DNA from: Tetramitus jugosus | Lineage: Eukaryota; Protista; Heterolobosea | NCBI GenBank assembly: GCA_937625935.1 | Contig: OW569357.1 | Location: 492,462 to 556,461 of the forward strand | DNA length: 64,000 nucleotides | Direction: 5' to 3' | Part shown: positions 1 through 10,582 of the stretch, piece by piece | How positions within the stretch are numbered: the stretch's first letter is position 1 | How the letters are laid out: every line of letters starts with the position of its first letter | Made by a program: the position numbers and the translations under genes | Notes under the pieces: model-generated | Databases searched by the model: none | What the model was told of the DNA's origin: nothing | The model's input: the letters and a program-made list of their open reading frames with translations, nothing else

Positions 1-28
1 AATTCTTAAGTGTTACAGAATGTTATTA

Positions 29-592
29 TCAGAAATGACCACTACTGCCACCACTTCTACCCTTCTTCTTCAGTGAATTCATCTTTTTTTGTTGAATTCT
101 TTCTCGATCGCTCTTTGCACTTCTGCCGAGCTCATGCTCCATGACTTGCACAGGTTCATAAGCCGCTTTCAAATACTCTCTCAATCGTTCAATTGCATCC
201 TGCATATTATCACTCTGTGTTCGATGAACCGTGCTCTGTATCACTATTTCTCCTTGTTTATTCATCTTTGTAGCATAGAGCTCTTTGAGTCTAGCTTTCA
301 CCTCTTCTGGTATCCAATCAGCAGAATCAACATTGAACCGTAGATCCACCTTTGTGTTCACCTTGTTCACATTTTGTCCTCCTGGCCCGCCAGAACGTGC
401 AAAGGAGAATTGTAGTTTCTCCGTTGGTATTTTTCCGTCGAAAGAGAGGGTCGAGTTGGATTGTTTGATGACCTTGTACCGATCCAGTAGGATTGTTTGT
501 TGGGAACAATGATACAATCTCTGTTTTCCATGGATCAGCGATGATTCCGAATGCTTGTTGATTAGGCACCTCAAAGACAACGATCGTCGCAT
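29..592 (-). CDS. ICT1: Mitochondrial ICT1/ArfB-type peptidyl-tRNA hydrolase (RF-1 family)
   Basis: FARSGGPGGQNVNKVNTKV (GGQ motif) and a basic C-terminal tail. Likely start is ATG 592 (MRRSLSLR, presequence-like). Confidence 0.9.
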   Translation of the reverse strand: MRRSLSLRCLINKHSESSLIHGKQRLYHCSQQTILLDRYKVIKQSNSTLSFDGKIPTEKLQFSFARSGGPGGQNVNKVNTKVDLRFNVDSADWIPEEVKARLKELYATKMNKQGEIVIQSTVHRTQSDNMQDAIERLREYLKAAYEPVQVMEHELGRSAKSDRERIQQKKMNSLKKKGRSGGSSGHF

Positions 593-707
593 TTTTGTTT
601 CTGTTGCCAGCGTTTCAGTTCCATCGCCGACTGGAATCAGAAAATTCAGAGCGCAGCACAGATTCCGACAAAAAAAATCGAAGGTTCGACAGGACCAAAA
701 AACCAAC

Positions 708-3227
708 ATGTCAACAACAAGCAGAAATACCATGGATCACAGTCCGATAACGAACAATACTGGTAGCAGTGTTGGTGATGAAGATCCCACACGATCAACA
801 ACAAACATTCATTTATTCAACAACAATGTTGACACTACTGAAACGACAAGCCATCATCATCACAACAATAATAACAACACACATTCGACTTCGGATTACG
901 ATGAAGATGAAGAAGAAGATGCCAATGACGCAGATTATGAATCATCCAACAATGAAAGTGACTTTGATGAAGATCATCATTCACCAATCATCATTACTAC
1001 GACTTCTCAACAACAACAGCAGCATGGCTACCTCACAAACAAGATGTATGATGATTTGAATCGTCGAAATGATGTACCAGAGGAAAAACGTGTGACTTTT
1101 GAACAATGTGCTGACGACTTACTCATACGCAACAGTAGTATAGATGATCATTATCACCATCATCATAGCATGTCTGATCCATTTCACATTTCTGATGTTC
1201 AAGTCATTCCCGAAGTGACATTGATGGAGGATGAAAATGATGATGAACAGGCAATTGCATTATCGTTGCACAAGAACAGCACTAACAATGGCAAGAATTC
1301 AATCATGACCAGCAATGGAAACAGTGCTAGTGGTGAAATTACAATTCAAATACCATCGTTGCCTTCAGAGACAACCATGTCTCAAATGGATTCTCTGTAT
1401 GATTTTGGAACTCCACCTTCGTCTGGTGGAGACAAGGAGCGAATGAATCATTTGAAGAGTCTCATGTTGGCTGATTTGTCTGTTGGTCACGTTCCCTTGA
1501 CTCAATTCTCTGTGCCATCCACGATTGTTCTTCCATCTGAGCAGCAAAAGGCCAGAAGCTATGCGATTGGGACAAAGGTTCGACGGAGAGATCGAATGAT
1601 TCACGAGTCATTTCGTCAGAGGAGACAAAAGCAACGAACAAAGCAGAGTGAGAGGCGGTCGGGTAGGGGAATCGGAGAGAGTGTTGATGGTATAAGCACA
1701 TTGATGGACTCCGGTGATAGAAGAGGCGGCTTTGCGAATAGAGATAGAGAAAGTGAGAGGTATTCAATCGATGAAACAGCAGAGTTATCTCTTCCTTCCA
1801 ACAGTACTTGTATACCGACATCGAGAAGCATAGAGCAGTTGGATCGTATGGAGTCTCGCTCCTCTCGCTTTGGTTTCACAAAAAGGCATCCATGGGCCAG
1901 AAAAATTGCGGATTTCATGCTAGGCGGTCCCTTGTGGACAAAGACAAAGCGTTTGAAACGATCAACCAGTTTACAAGATGTTGGAAAGGAGGATGAGAAG
2001 GAAGTTCAGGCCACCATCATTGATTTGGGCTATGCGCTCTCAATTTACGGCACCCCAGCTCACAGATTGGAGTATCATTTGGCACTAGTTGCCAGTTATT
2101 ATGCTCTGAATTGTACGACATATTCGACACCGAATGGAATTTGGATCACATTTGGAAACTATGTAACCGATACGACAACAACGACTCACTTTATTAAGAT
2201 TCGAGGAGCTTCACTCAACTTGTCCAAGCTATGTTTATTGGACGAGGTTGCAGAGAAGATTGCGAGTGGTACTATGGCGATTTCTGAAGCTCGAAAGGCA
2301 ATCAAAGAGGTGATTGAACTAGAGCCAGTGTACAGCAACTTTATCTTTATTATTTTCTCTTGCTTTGTTCAAGCAGGAATGTTTAGTGTTTTCTTTGCTG
2401 CTAATTTTGGTGAGATATTGGCGTCATTTGCTGCTGGATTAATAGTGGGTGCATTGAGTGTTCTTGCATCCAAGTATGAAGCACTCGCTCAAGTGAATAC
2501 GATTGTATGTGCTCTTGCTGCAGGATTTGTTGGATTGTTGTTCCGAATCATTATGTCATCCATTGTACCGATATCAGTGTTTGTAGTATCACTCAGTGGA
2601 GTCATTTCGTTACTACCTGGATTGACATTTACGTTGGCTATTTCAGAATTGTCATCAAGGAATTTGTTGTCCGGATCTACCAGATTGATCTCTGCGTTCG
2701 TAACAACGATACAGATTGGATTTGGAGTTCTCGTATCAGACAGAGCAAGTCAATATCTATCAATCATAGCATCGGTGCCCGAGGTTGTTACTCGGCATTA
2801 CCATTCGGTCTTTACGCTGGCTGGCATTATTCCAGTTGTTGTCATGGCCACAGTGATATCATTGAAGGCACCAAAGTACCCTATTGCATTTGTGTTCATT
2901 TTGCTAGATGCATATGCTGCTTTCTTTTGCACGTATTATGCGACGAGTTACTTTGGTGTCGAAGTAGGAACAATGCTGGGCTCGTTTGTTGTTGGATTTA
3001 TTTCAAATGTGTTTGCCGCGGTTTCAGATCATCCAGGTATTGTTGTGTCAGCCTGTGGCATTATTTTCTGTCTCCCTGGAGCCCTTGGAAAGAACTCGGC
3101 TCGAATCCTCATTGAAGGAGATCCCACTCGTTTTGTTCTCGAGGTTGTCATCATTGGAATATCGCTTACAGTTGGTCTCATGTTGAGTGATGCGTTTGGA
3201 TTCAAGAGAAAGAAGTTGAACTTGTAA
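708..3227 (+). CDS. ThrE/PRM10 (DUF1212)-family multi-pass exporter with long low-complexity N-terminus
   Basis: LGYALSIYGTPAHRLE, NLSKL and LLPGLTFTLAISELSSRNLLSGSTRL motifs with about 10 hydrophobic helices. ATG 708 follows an AC-rich leader. Confidence 0.85.
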   Translation: MSTTSRNTMDHSPITNNTGSSVGDEDPTRSTTNIHLFNNNVDTTETTSHHHHNNNNNTHSTSDYDEDEEEDANDADYESSNNESDFDEDHHSPIIITTTSQQQQQHGYLTNKMYDDLNRRNDVPEEKRVTFEQCADDLLIRNSSIDDHYHHHHSMSDPFHISDVQVIPEVTLMEDENDDEQAIALSLHKNSTNNGKNSIMTSNGNSASGEITIQIPSLPSETTMSQMDSLYDFGTPPSSGGDKERMNHLKSLMLADLSVGHVPLTQFSVPSTIVLPSEQQKARSYAIGTKVRRRDRMIHESFRQRRQKQRTKQSERRSGRGIGESVDGISTLMDSGDRRGGFANRDRESERYSIDETAELSLPSNSTCIPTSRSIEQLDRMESRSSRFGFTKRHPWARKIADFMLGGPLWTKTKRLKRSTSLQDVGKEDEKEVQATIIDLGYALSIYGTPAHRLEYHLALVASYYALNCTTYSTPNGIWITFGNYVTDTTTTTHFIKIRGASLNLSKLCLLDEVAEKIASGTMAISEARKAIKEVIELEPVYSNFIFIIFSCFVQAGMFSVFFAANFGEILASFAAGLIVGALSVLASKYEALAQVNTIVCALAAGFVGLLFRIIMSSIVPISVFVVSLSGVISLLPGLTFTLAISELSSRNLLSGSTRLISAFVTTIQIGFGVLVSDRASQYLSIIASVPEVVTRHYHSVFTLAGIIPVVVMATVISLKAPKYPIAFVFILLDAYAAFFCTYYATSYFGVEVGTMLGSFVVGFISNVFAAVSDHPGIVVSACGIIFCLPGALGKNSARILIEGDPTRFVLEVVIIGISLTVGLMLSDAFGFKRKKLNL

Positions 3228-3337
3228 GGTGGGTTGCAAAATTGAGTGGCGTTGTCCTTCGCCTTGTGGAGTTCTTCCCGTCTTGGAAAATTTGTCATCC
3301 AATCCCAAACAAGATAAACACCACACAGCACAACATT

Positions 3338-5125
3338 ATGATAAGAAGAAGGATCATTCGAATTCGTTTGGGATATCCCATTCATAATAAACACAGGAGC
3401 AATGCCATGAAACGTGTCTTTTCTTCGTCCATGAAAACCGTAAAAGAAGAAAGGGAGTGCACTTTGGAAGAAGGAGTGGATCAGTATCCTTCGCAAGAAC
3501 AACTCAAAACTTGGAAGTTGGAAAGTGAAGCAAAGAACAAGGCCTTTGCTCGATCTCTGAATGCCTACAACCTGTTCTTGTGGATGAAGCCCAATGATGC
3601 CCTTATCAGATTCAAAAAGGGTCGCATGCTCCTACAGAATGGTTACTTGAATGAGGCGATCGAAACATTTCAGTCATCTCTCGAAATTGATGAAAATTAC
3701 AAGCTATCACATGTTGCTCTGGGATCGGCATATCAGATGAAGAATTGTAATGGTGTAGCGCTGGAACACTATGTCAAGGCATTGGAAATCGATCCAAACT
3801 ATAGTCTTGCTCACTTTGGGATCGCTGTATTGTATTCCAAGCTGCACAAGAATCATGAATCGTTGAATCATTTCCAGAAAGCACTGAGATTGGACTATGA
3901 GCAGAAAGTATCTTTTAATACCGTGAGGATGGAGGGGCAGTACAAGGATCTACTCTATAAAATGTATCAAGACGCAGTGCATGACCCCAGTAAGGTTTTA
4001 TCGAATATTTACCTCGAAGAGGATTACAAGTACATTGAGTCAGAAATAACCGGCGATCATACAGTGATTATTCCAGACAAAAGTAAATGCCGCTCGTTGT
4101 TCTTGGACTACAAGTCTAAAGCTGGAGATATTGTCGCGCCAGGAGATGAGATATCATCGGTTGAAATGGAAAAGGTATGCATTAGCTTGTATGCACCAGA
4201 AGCAGCCCTCATTACAGATGTGGTGGACAATCCTGAATACTCAGTAATCCATCCAGGAACGCCTGTTGTAAAGTACATACCGCTGCAAGTCCGAAAGCTG
4301 AAGCCTATCGGACATGGCGACTTCTTACCAACGATACAGGATGTATCAGCGGAAGATGCGGCAAACATTATCAAAACGGCCAACAATGTTGTAGTTTTGA
4401 GCGGTTCTGGCTTATCCAAAGAGAGTGGCCTGAAAACAAGAAAGGATATGTGGACCACCTTGTCGAGAGAGAAGTATGTCGGCAATTGGAATTTCACACA
4501 GGAACCTGAAAGATTATGGGAGTTAGTCAAGGACTTTCTAGGTGAAGCAAATTTTGATCCTAAACCCAATCCTGCTCACTATGCAGTTGCTGATCTGGAA
4601 AAGATGGGATATGTGAAGGCAGTTATTACCCAGAATGTTGATAATTTGCACCAAGTTTCAGGTAGCACGAATGTCATTGAGATGCATGGAACTTTGTCTG
4701 AGACAATCTGTACTACCTGTGATGTTGTCCATGGGCGTTGTATGGATTATTTGAATAGTGATTTTCCTCCCAAGTGTCCATCATTCCGCAACAAGGAGTG
4801 TTGCGTGAATACCTCCAATACAACTGGTATTCTAAAGCCAAATGTTATCTTATTTGGTGATCTCGTCGATTCAGACAAACTCAAGAAGGCATATGAACTC
4901 GTGATGAATTGTGATGTATTGTTAGTTGTAGGAACAGCTGCTGATGTAACACCTTGCTCAGAACTGCCAGCAATAGTCAGTAAGAACGGTGGTACAATCA
5001 TTGAAGTGAAGAGGAATCATTCAAGACTTGCCAACCATCAACTCAAGAACCATAAGTTTGTCTCCGGTGAAGCAGCCACAATTTTACCTGCGATTGTGAA
5101 TCATATCTCAAAAGGCCGTGACTAA
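3338..5125 (+). CDS. TPR + lipoyl/biotinyl-like + Sir2 (sirtuin) fusion protein
   Basis: TPR repeats (ALEIDPNYSLAHFGIAVLY), lipoyl-like KAGDIVAPGDEISSVEMEKVCISLYAPEA, and sirtuin motifs SGSGLSKESG, ITQNVDNLHQ, EMHG, CxxC, LKPNVILFG. Start codon uncertain. Confidence 0.85.
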   Translation: MIRRRIIRIRLGYPIHNKHRSNAMKRVFSSSMKTVKEERECTLEEGVDQYPSQEQLKTWKLESEAKNKAFARSLNAYNLFLWMKPNDALIRFKKGRMLLQNGYLNEAIETFQSSLEIDENYKLSHVALGSAYQMKNCNGVALEHYVKALEIDPNYSLAHFGIAVLYSKLHKNHESLNHFQKALRLDYEQKVSFNTVRMEGQYKDLLYKMYQDAVHDPSKVLSNIYLEEDYKYIESEITGDHTVIIPDKSKCRSLFLDYKSKAGDIVAPGDEISSVEMEKVCISLYAPEAALITDVVDNPEYSVIHPGTPVVKYIPLQVRKLKPIGHGDFLPTIQDVSAEDAANIIKTANNVVVLSGSGLSKESGLKTRKDMWTTLSREKYVGNWNFTQEPERLWELVKDFLGEANFDPKPNPAHYAVADLEKMGYVKAVITQNVDNLHQVSGSTNVIEMHGTLSETICTTCDVVHGRCMDYLNSDFPPKCPSFRNKECCVNTSNTTGILKPNVILFGDLVDSDKLKKAYELVMNCDVLLVVGTAADVTPCSELPAIVSKNGGTIIEVKRNHSRLANHQLKNHKFVSGEAATILPAIVNHISKGRD

Positions 5126-5675
5126 ACTCTTGCCTCCATAGTGTAAAACCATGTAATGCATCACATGATATTCCTTGATGTAGTCCAAACTACTATCCGG
5201 ATTCTTTGCTGAGCCTAGAGATGTCACTGGGACACAACTAAAACAATATTCTGCTCACATAACTTTGCTCCCTTGAGACCACCTCCAATCTCGTCAGTCT
5301 CTCTCATGGGTGTCTGTGCTTGAACTTGTGTGGTACTGTCAGCACTTCTGTGTCTTCTCTTCTTCCTTGTCAGAACCTTTTCTTATCGTTCGACAGTTCA
5401 TTTCTTGCACTCTCAGCACCCGTAAGGGAAGACAGCTCTCGAAATCCTTCTTATTTGCTAAACTTTTTTCGTGTCTTCAAGGCAGTCCGTGTACTGAGAG
5501 AGTTCTGGAAAAGGTTCATTGTTTCTTGTGTTGTTGATTAACCAGAGGGGTGACGATAATTTTAATAAAAAAATTTAAGTGTGCATTTTTTTTTTTCTTT
5601 TTTTTTTTTTCCATACAACAATTGTTGCCTCTTTATTCAATACACTGCTGTGAGTCATGATTCCGCTCAGCACCG

Positions 5676-6275
5676 TCAGGTGCTGAGCAGTGCTTCACTC
5701 CTCTTCACGACAGAATTAATGTATACATTGTGAAGCGCCTTGACACAGGCCCTCTTCATGGAATCCACCATGCATCTTATCACCTTCTCTGCCTCCCTTT
5801 GTTTCCTGCCAGAGAGCACCATTCCATCTAATAGCTCTTTCCTGAATCCTCCCTCTTTGCCCATTAGTCCCTCTAACAGTTCTTCAGAGGATCGCTTGTC
5901 ACTCAGTGTTTGTATCTTGCCCTTTTCATATATCGTATCGTCAAACCAGAAAACAATTTTTGCTGAATCCGGTAGCGTCAACCTATCCAATTTAGCTTTC
6001 ATCTCTTCTACGAGTTTCCTCCTGGCCATAATGGCAACTTCACACTCAACCAACAGATGTAAAATGCTCTCCGGTGCAGCACCACAGTTTAGACACTTTT
6101 CATCTAAACCGGCATTGTACAACTTTCTCAACACCATCTTAGTGTGCAGTGTTCCACTCCTGACTTGATGATAGAACCAAAGTTCCTTCCTTTCTAAGCC
6201 GAATGGCCACTTCAGAAATTGGTTCCATTCCTTTTCCTTTGACATTACAGATTCCAAGGACCAATTCTTGTTCAT
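5676..6275 (-). CDS. C-terminal remnant of LINE ORF2 (zf-RVT CCHC zinc-binding domain)
   Basis: CLNCGAAPESILHLLVEC matches the C-x2-C...E-x3-H-x4-C motif of L1/Tx1-type ORF2 C-termini. Directly followed by the 3' UTR and poly-A. Confidence 0.8.
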   Translation of the reverse strand: MNKNWSLESVMSKEKEWNQFLKWPFGLERKELWFYHQVRSGTLHTKMVLRKLYNAGLDEKCLNCGAAPESILHLLVECEVAIMARRKLVEEMKAKLDRLTLPDSAKIVFWFDDTIYEKGKIQTLSDKRSSEELLEGLMGKEGGFRKELLDGMVLSGRKQREAEKVIRCMVDSMKRACVKALHNVYINSVVKRSEALLST

Positions 6276-6461
6276 ACCAATTGCTTCAGCTCTAGCCTTC
6301 TTAAACTCTTCCGTCAGACCTTCCCTGAAATTTTTTTTAATACAACAAATGGTGCGTGAGCACCACGTTGCGGAACTTTTATTTTTCTTTTGTTTGAGAG
6401 CAGGCTTGCCTACTCACAATTGTCTAACATGGTGTGGTGCTTGCCCAGTGGAGTGGCAGGC

Positions 6462-7670
6462 CTACGCAACAGGATTCATTCTCTTCTTGGAATGTTGTTT
6501 TGATCCCTTCTTCAGGGATTCGTTGCGAGGGCCTCCACTACCGACTGGAGCACCACTGGTGAGGTCAGATGGCTCCGTAGTCCTAGCCAGTTGGTAGGAC
6601 CTACGGAGAGCACCTGACTTGATACTGGCCAACCTGGCCGGGATCTTGTTAGCAGCAGTGTCACCAACGGTGACACGTGCTGATCGTTTCTTGTTCTCGT
6701 TGAGTTGGGGACTCTGTAACTCGCAGTCGGGGTTACAGAGGTCCAACTCAACTGGATCCTCTTGGGTGGTTGTGCTTCTTGCACGGTCCACCATGATTGC
6801 TCGGGCAGCAATCTCCTTCTTGGCTCTCTTGAACACCTCGGAGGTGTTCAATACTAGCTCGAGGATGGCTCTGTTACGAGCATCCTCATCCATGGTGTTG
6901 TTGGTTGGCTCTTGGGTGACCGTAGTGGCGGGGTTGGACTCCGGCACGATCGACTCCCAGTCGTCGGTCGTAGACGGAGTCGAAGGTTCGAATTCGGAGA
7001 TTCGGTCCGGCGTCCTTGGAGACGGGGACGCGAAGGGAATCCGGTTGACGGAAGCCATTTCTTTTAACACACTGACTTGGTGGCGCAGGTCGTCCACCAC
7101 AGCCAGGAGTTCTTGATACATCTTGGTCAGCCTCTTGCTGACAGCCTTGACAGGGTCACGTGGGCGTGGAAGGAAGCGTTTTGCTTCCACCTCCACTGGC
7201 ATGGCTTGAACGTTCCGAAGCAAAGCTTCGGCATACGTTTCAGACTCCATCACAACAAAGGCAGTGTTGTGCTTCTTGAGCACATTCTTGACCTTTGTTG
7301 TGCCGAGCATGGTAAGACGGAGGACGACCTTCTTGGCACAATCAACGTTGTGCTTGAGTGCTGCCTTGCAGCCACTCATCTTCTTGTTGCGGTTGAAGGA
7401 TTCAACAAATGGGTAAATGTTGTCATCAACAACAGTTACCCACGCAACAAACCTCTTGGGGCCCTTCTTGATGACTTGGACCCTGGTGAGCAAATCACCA
7501 AAATCCAAGCCAATCTTCTTGGCCAAGGCAGCTTTTGGAGAGTCATCGCACTTTCCAGTGATGATGACCTCCTTGCTGCTTGGAGCAGTTCCTCTTGGTG
7601 CTGTGGTCCACACAGCATAGCGTGGATTCTCATACTCACGAACAACAGGGGTGTGTGTTCGTTTTTTCAT
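6462..7670 (-). CDS. Retrotransposon ORF1 protein (RRM-like segments plus coiled coil)
   Basis: 402-aa intact ORF starting 13 nt inside the element 5' end. RNP-like KEVIITG and TAFVVMESETYAEALL, and heptad helix LTKMYQELLAVVDDLRHQVSVL. Confidence 0.7.
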   Translation of the reverse strand: MKKRTHTPVVREYENPRYAVWTTAPRGTAPSSKEVIITGKCDDSPKAALAKKIGLDFGDLLTRVQVIKKGPKRFVAWVTVVDDNIYPFVESFNRNKKMSGCKAALKHNVDCAKKVVLRLTMLGTTKVKNVLKKHNTAFVVMESETYAEALLRNVQAMPVEVEAKRFLPRPRDPVKAVSKRLTKMYQELLAVVDDLRHQVSVLKEMASVNRIPFASPSPRTPDRISEFEPSTPSTTDDWESIVPESNPATTVTQEPTNNTMDEDARNRAILELVLNTSEVFKRAKKEIAARAIMVDRARSTTTQEDPVELDLCNPDCELQSPQLNENKKRSARVTVGDTAANKIPARLASIKSGALRRSYQLARTTEPSDLTSGAPVGSGGPRNESLKKGSKQHSKKRMNPVA

Positions 7671-7726
7671 CGGCGTTTTTCTGAAATTTAAGTGTGCAAG
7701 GGTTTCTGAATGTAGTATATCAATAA

Positions 7727-7797
7727 TCGGTCATGGTATAGGGGTAGCATTCCAGACTGTCACTCTGGCGACCCGGGTTCGATTCCCGGTGATCGAG
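7727..7797 (+). tRNA. tRNA-Asp (GTC)
   Basis: Acceptor stem TCGGTCA/TGATCGA, anticodon arm CCAGA-CTGTCAC-TCTGG, T arm CCGGG-TTCGATT-CCCGG, T-tract downstream. Confidence 0.97.
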
Positions 7798-7989
7798 AAA
7801 CTTTTGTTTTTTGTTCAGTCATTCTTTCATGAACCACATCGAAATGGTTCTCTATCTTTTTTGACCGAGAAGTGATCGTTTACAATGGTTTCATTGATTG
7901 CAATGAGGATTAACAAACACCAAAATACATTGTTCTAATTGCCTGAATTATTAATGTTGACACAAGTTCTCTGAGCCCATACAGTTCGT

Positions 7990-10449
7990 TTATTTTCTCT
8001 TGGGTTTGACATTGGCGTTCAACAGATCAAGTGCCTCTTCGTCATCAGATTCTTCGTCGTTGTCATCGTTTTGTTCGAATACCTTCTGTATTCTATTCTG
8101 GTATTCCTCGTCTTGTTCAGTGTCATCCTCGAGTTGCAATGCAGGTTGAGAAGTGGATTTTGCAGGACTGCCGCTGGGCTGTGACGTTGAGTTTTGAGAC
8201 ACACTAGCTCGCTTGTCGACAGCCACCTTGGAACTGTCAATCCGTGAGAGTCGAATGTCATCCACATTATCACAGCTAGTGGATATAATCGAAACTGGGT
8301 CTATGCTATCGTTTGGAGTGCTGATGCTACTGTGTTGAGAGGTCTGAGAATTCTTGGGCTCTTGTCCAAATTTGGCCTTCCTGAACTTCTTTGCATTGTA
8401 CACTGTGAAAGATTCCTCCTTCTTCAGACTCTGTTCCTTCTTTACGAATGATGGTATCAAGTCTACATACTCCACAGATATGAAGCACTCGTAATTTTGT
8501 TCTACAGAGTCAGTTGATCGGGCATTTTGAGAGTGAAATTCTGACGGATCAATCTTTTGCTTCTTGACAATTGGCTCTGTCTCATACTCTTCACTTTCTT
8601 TGTGTTGTTGAGTGGCCTGTGAGAGCTGAGAATTCGCTCCACGCTTTCGTTTTCGATCTTTCCGGCTCACAATCTTCGTCTCAGGAGCCTTTTCTACAAT
8701 AACGTCAAGTTCATCTGCCGTTTCATCGTCGTCTTCATTTGCCCTTGGTTCTTCCTTGATATTCGTTCGTTTGGTAGTGTTCATGGCGTCATCATGGTAA
8801 CCTACGTCCTCCATCGGTTCTGATTTGACCACGGTGCGCATCTTTTGCTGTTTCAACTTCTCAGCTTCTTCCTTCTCCTTTTCTGCCTCATGTTGTTGTT
8901 GTTGTTGTTGTTTCCTTCGTTCTTCCTCCTCCAATCTCTGTCTCTCCTGTAATTGCTCCTGCTCTCGCCTTTGTTTCTCCATTATTCGTTCCGTTTGGGC
9001 CTGTTTGTACATGTTGAACGCTGTACGAATCTTTGACGGATTCATTAAGGGTAGCTTTTGAACTGAGTTATCAATGATACACTGTGCCAACAATGATGGT
9101 TCAACAATTGTGAATTTAAGCTCGCGTTGCATCAAAGACAACAATTTCTTCAATGATTCGTTCGAATTCATGGCAGATCGTGTACGATCATTCATTACGA
9201 GCACTGACGTTGAACAAGAGTCAACCAGTTTTTGCAATTGAGTCAAAAATGCCTCGTCAATCTCATCCAAACCACTAAAACTATCCACTAATGCTCTCAG
9301 ATCATATGTCTGACAAGTTCCACTACCCATGCGTATCAATTGACTCAGGTCATCATCGGTTGAAGAACCTGCATCATTATACTTTAAAAACAGTACGTTC
9401 TTGTCATCGAACAACAGCTTTCGGTCACCATTACTGTTCCATGCCAAAAGTGGATCCTTATGGCCTTCTGTTTGATCATCGTTCTGATTGTGTTTGTTGT
9501 TCTTTGCATCCAAGATTGAAACAAACAATGACAGTGCCTCATTGGCCGTAGAACCAATGTTGCCTCTCTCGTTCAAAAATTGAATTAAATTTCTAAAGTA
9601 TTCAACTGTGACAACACTGTGACCACGCATGAGTGCATTCAACAATTCAATTGTCCAATTTTCATGAATATTACTCGTGTCATGAACAAAATAAATGACT
9701 TGACATGGTTGTCCATGTTGTTGTGGCTTATTACTATTCCTTAACAACAAGAAATCAGATTGTTTCATGAGACAAATATCTTGAGCATCGCAATCCGATT
9801 GCAACGATTGCATGCGAGGATTCATGGAGGCATACGTGCCAATCAAGTGATAACTCTTTACACTACGAGAACATCAGAAACAAGCAAATGGTTTAACAAC
9901 AACAAAAGAACACGGCAATAACCACTCTTTCAAAAAAAAGTAAAGAAAACATACGTAAACTTTGATTCCTTGACACCAAAATGAATATTACAAGCACCAT
10001 CTGATGACGATGACAATAGCTCAGACAGAGTATACTTTGTTTTTTCTGTCAATTTTGTTCCATTGATGAACATACCATACTTGCTAAAGTCTTCCACTTG
10101 CAATTCTGGAGCTACTGACCCATTTGACCACTTGTTGTTTCCTCGATCAGATGCTGCTTCTGTTGGAGCAATGGTTGTGAAGACAGAGTGTTTCCTGGAG
10201 ATGCTATCATCCTTGACCATCAAAATATCACATTCACCCTCTTATTGTGTGTGAAACAGAGAAGGGAGAGAGAGAGAGAGACGTCATAGAGACGAATGAT
10301 AGAGATAATCGTGTGAGGAAAAAAGGTGTGACAACAATGCAATGACAAAGATTTGAAGACATACTCTTACGACCAACAATGTACTGTTGGTTGAGTTTCG
10401 GAGGGATGTGGTAGGTGATTCGACCTTGGTGATCAAAAAAAATCCACAT
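7990..10449 (-). CDS. NBS1: Nibrin/NBS1-like protein (FHA-BRCT, Mre11-binding motif), 3 exons
   Basis: Starts MWIFF. FHA motifs YIVGR, DDSISRKH, EDFSKYGMFING are joined by predicted GT-AG introns 10364-10241 and 9954-9863, which keep frame. C-terminal NAKKFRK Mre11-binding-like motif and acidic tail. Confidence 0.8.
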
Positions 10450-10572
10450 TTGTGTGTCTTTGCTTGTTCCCAACTTTTTCTTTCAGCTTGTGGTGGAAAT
10501 TTTTCTCCATCACATTTCCACCTTTTCTTGGAAGTCCAAGCTATCGGACTTTCTCTCAACTTCAAAAAAACG

Positions 10573-10582
10573 TTTTCGCGCC
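10573..10582 (+). promoter_or_regulatory. E2F-like site TTTTCGCGCC in the NBS1/NSE4 bidirectional promoter
   Basis: Matches consensus TTTSSCGC within a 166-bp divergent gap. Confidence 0.4.

Larger units (their letters stand above)
5586..7683 (-). mobile_element. Internally deleted (non-autonomous) non-LTR retrotransposon inserted upstream of tRNA-Asp
   Basis: Perfect 15-bp TSD AAATTTAAGTGTGCA at 5571-5585 and 7684-7698. Poly-A tail (T11-C-T13 on + strand, 5586-5610) with AATAAA at 5637-5632. Contains ORF1 and a C-terminal ORF2 remnant; no endonuclease or RT motifs. Confidence 0.9.

Noticed and set aside
5126-5570. Short ORFs between the sirtuin gene and the retrotransposon
   Set aside because: No recognisable motif or consistent frame; the region lies outside the TSD.
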